A stretch of 64,000 nt of DNA from Octopus sinensis (taxonomy: Eukaryota). The notes below the pieces were generated by a model. The model ran no database searches. It had not been told where the DNA came from and was given only the letters and a program-made list of their open reading frames with translations. Positions 61,215-64,000 of this stretch are shown in pieces (the first letter of the stretch is position 1; each line of letters begins with the position of its first letter). Position numbers and translations under genes: made by a program. Location of the stretch: NCBI RefSeq assembly GCF_006345805.1, contig NC_042997.1:182776001-182840000 (forward strand), written 5' to 3'.

Positions 61215-63011
61215 TATATATATATATATATATAACGGAAAGCTTTATGAAAATAAACAAAAGACGAAGGCAGGTGGAATACAAACAAACAATTATATAT
61301 ACATACATACACACAAATGCACACACATACATATTTATATACTTTCTTACATGTTTGTGTGTGTGTATGTGTGTGTGTGTGTGTGCATATGCATATATAA
61401 GTATATATATTTATGTACATATTTTTTTATTCCCTTTTATAAAGTCGTCATGTAAGCTACTTTAAGCTCATAATGAGACATTTCAGAATTAGCATAGCTC
61501 CAATATTTTTTAATAAAGCACAGCTGCCCAACAAAACTGTTTGAACAATAGATTATTAAATTGTTGTTGCTGTTGTTGGTATTGTTTCTACTGATTCTGC
61601 TGCTGTTGTTGTTGTATGCTTTGTGGGTATAAAACCAGAATATAGTCGTTATTAAGTTGGACGAAATAAAAAGCATCAAAATAGAAATATTGAATAAGAT
61701 ACAATATCAAATCTTGCTATGTTAGTTTCATTCAAGAAGGCTATCTATCTACCCATTCAGTCAGACAACTTCCCTATACCAATGCAACTCTTCCACACCA
61801 GATGTCCTGAACTTCCATAGCAGTTTTCATATCCTCACCCTAATATCCAGTGTCTTTCATAAGTTGATCAATATATGCTCTTCTCAGTCAGCTGATAATT
61901 GTATGTCCATGAGTGAGTTTCCAGAGAAGGAGATCACTGGATATTTCATCCTTGTTTCTCTAGCAGTCTCCAGCATAATGTCTTCTTCTTTCTCTGATTA
62001 CGGAGGTCATGGTAGGAAGAGTGCCATACAGTTGCTGCTTTGTTGGGTGTTGCTACCAAGAAAGATTGAGAACTGCACAAAGTATTCCCATGTATGTACT
62101 GTCAAGCTTCTTTCCAAAGCTCTTGTTCAGTATTGCTGCAGAGGAACTATAGAGAAACTGCTGCAACAACTAAGCTAAAAGAAAAATACCTCAGGAAGCT
62201 CACTCAGATCAAAAAGCAGAAACCAAACTAAAGCAAATATAGCAAATTTAGTAAATTACTAACCTAATATCTTTTGAACTAAATGGTAATAGGCTTTTGC
62301 ATCAGCACTCATAATTTATTTGTTTTTATCCCTGAATCACAACAGAGTGGTAGGAGAAAGCTGTTTTCAAAACTGAAAATTAGCCAAAATATTTACAACA
62401 GAATAGACTCCATTAAAGGCACCCAAAGGATAAAAAGATAGTGGTGTTAATCTGGGTGACAGATTAATCTGCTATCCATGCAAACTACAGTAGGTTTTGA
62501 AATCAAAATGAAAATGTAAAGAGCCAGGACTTTTACTGCAAAGTATCCCATCAGAAACACTAACAATTCTGCATATCTGCCAATTTAGACAGTAGTTTAT
62601 TCATTGACGTGGAGGGATGAAAGGTAAAGATGAGTCTGATTAGATTTGATCTTAGAATACTGGTATTTATACTATAAAATAAGAAGGGAGAAGGTTCAAA
62701 ATGAATAATAGTAAGATCTTAACTAAGAAATGTGAACCTACAGGATAAATCCTTTCAGACATAGTTCATTTTCTTGTCACTTGCAATAATATATATATAT
62801 ATATATATTTAAAAGTTGCATTATGGAACTGTCATTTTAATGAGATTTTTTTATTTATTTATCACCCAACGAGATACGTCCACACCGCCGGATGCTCCTG
62901 TACCAGTTTTTTGTGTGTCCCACAAGAGGAGTCGATGCTGGGTGTGTTGAAACAATTGTTGGGATTAATAATATATTCTCATATATTCCATCTTCTGTCT
63001 TTTATTTGTTT

Positions 63012-63065
<54 letters not shown>

Positions 63066-63125
63066 TATATAGAAAATATTATTAAAATTAATATTAATAT
63101 CCTTGAAAATATATGTTAACACACA

Positions 63126-63497
63126 ATCAAGGCTAGCCAAAATTAGAGAAATTCAAACTGAACAAAAAGAATGTTTAAAGCTGGTTCAACCGAAGACATT
63201 GCTTCATTTAACTATCTAAGTTTCTATCAGCCATAACATAGAATTCTTATCTTTATTTTTTTATTCTTTAGTTATCCAGTGACGTCACCAGTAGTTGTAT
63301 ACAAAAATAGCCTTTTTTAGATTATACTTCTATACAGATTTCTAATCTGTCATAATGTAGAATTCTTATGTTTATTCTTTTATTATTTCATTAGTTGTGT
63401 CACCATTAGTTGAATGAAGAAATGTCTTAGGTTGAATCAGCTTTAAGTGTTCTTTTTTGTTCAATTCAAATTTCACTAGTTTTGGATAGCCTTGATA
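63126..63497. repeat. Degenerate fold-back inverted repeat
   Basis: 63126-63213 pairs with 63408-63497. Confidence 0.75.
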
Positions 63498-63597
63498 GCA
63501 CAGGCATATGGTGGAGTGGTTAAGAGTGTGGGCTACTAACCCCAAGATTTCGAGTTTGATTCCAAGCAATGACCTGAACAATAATAATAATAATAAA

Positions 63598-63768
63598 CGC
63601 ACAGGAGTGGCTGTGTGGTAAGTAGCTTACTTAACAACCACATGGTTCCTGGTTCAGTCCCACTGCATGGCACCTTGGGCAGGTGTCTTCTTCTATAGCC
63701 TAGGGTCAACCAAAGCCTTGTTAGTGGATTTGGTAGACGGAAAGTGAAAGAAGCCTGTCGTATATATG

Positions 63769-63803
<35 letters not shown>

Positions 63804-64000
63804 TTGTCCCCCCAATGTCACTTGACAACCAGTGTTGGTGTGTTTATATCCCCATAACCTAGCAGTTCGGCAAAAGAGACCAATAGAATAAGTACTAGGC
63901 TTACAAAGAATAAGTCCTGGGGTTGATTTGCTCGACTAAAAGCGGTGCTCCAGCAAGGCCACAGTCAAATGACTGGAACAACTAAAAGAGTAAAAGAGTA
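63598..64000 (+). mobile_element. SINE family A, near full length
   Basis: Same head and tail as 1622; GAGTAAAA tail repeats. Confidence 0.88.

Overview
AT-rich, microsatellite-dense eukaryotic DNA. The SINE families and repeat landscape suggest an octopod cephalopod (inference). Only one host-gene exon is recognisable: the first coding exon (35200-35394, +) of an SLC7/LAT-type amino-acid transporter, with an E-box/FOXO-rich upstream region and apparently an intron of more than 28 kb. The rest is layered mobile DNA: R4/Dong LINE copies at (TAA)n tracts, a HERO-type RLE LINE inserted into a Penelope-like element, RTE and CR1/L2 fragments, Tigger, mariner/Tc1, Chapaev3-like and hAT remnants, Merlin-like MITEs with 8-bp TSDs, a Helitron-like element, solo LTRs and several tRNA-derived SINE families. 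The most interesting signal is RNA-structural. There are at least two complete hammerhead ribozyme folds: 416-522 (-) in a 492-bp tandem unit, and 48214-48262 (+) in the transporter intron. There is also a variant hammerhead (28548-28582, -) and several long fold-back repeats with hammerhead-core remnants, mostly next to (TA)n tracts. This looks like a retrozyme/Penelope-linked ribozyme system. Multimeric SINE arrays flanked by single TSDs and a Penelope-HERO in-frame fusion ORF are also notable. Most short ORFs in the supplied track are microsatellite artefacts.
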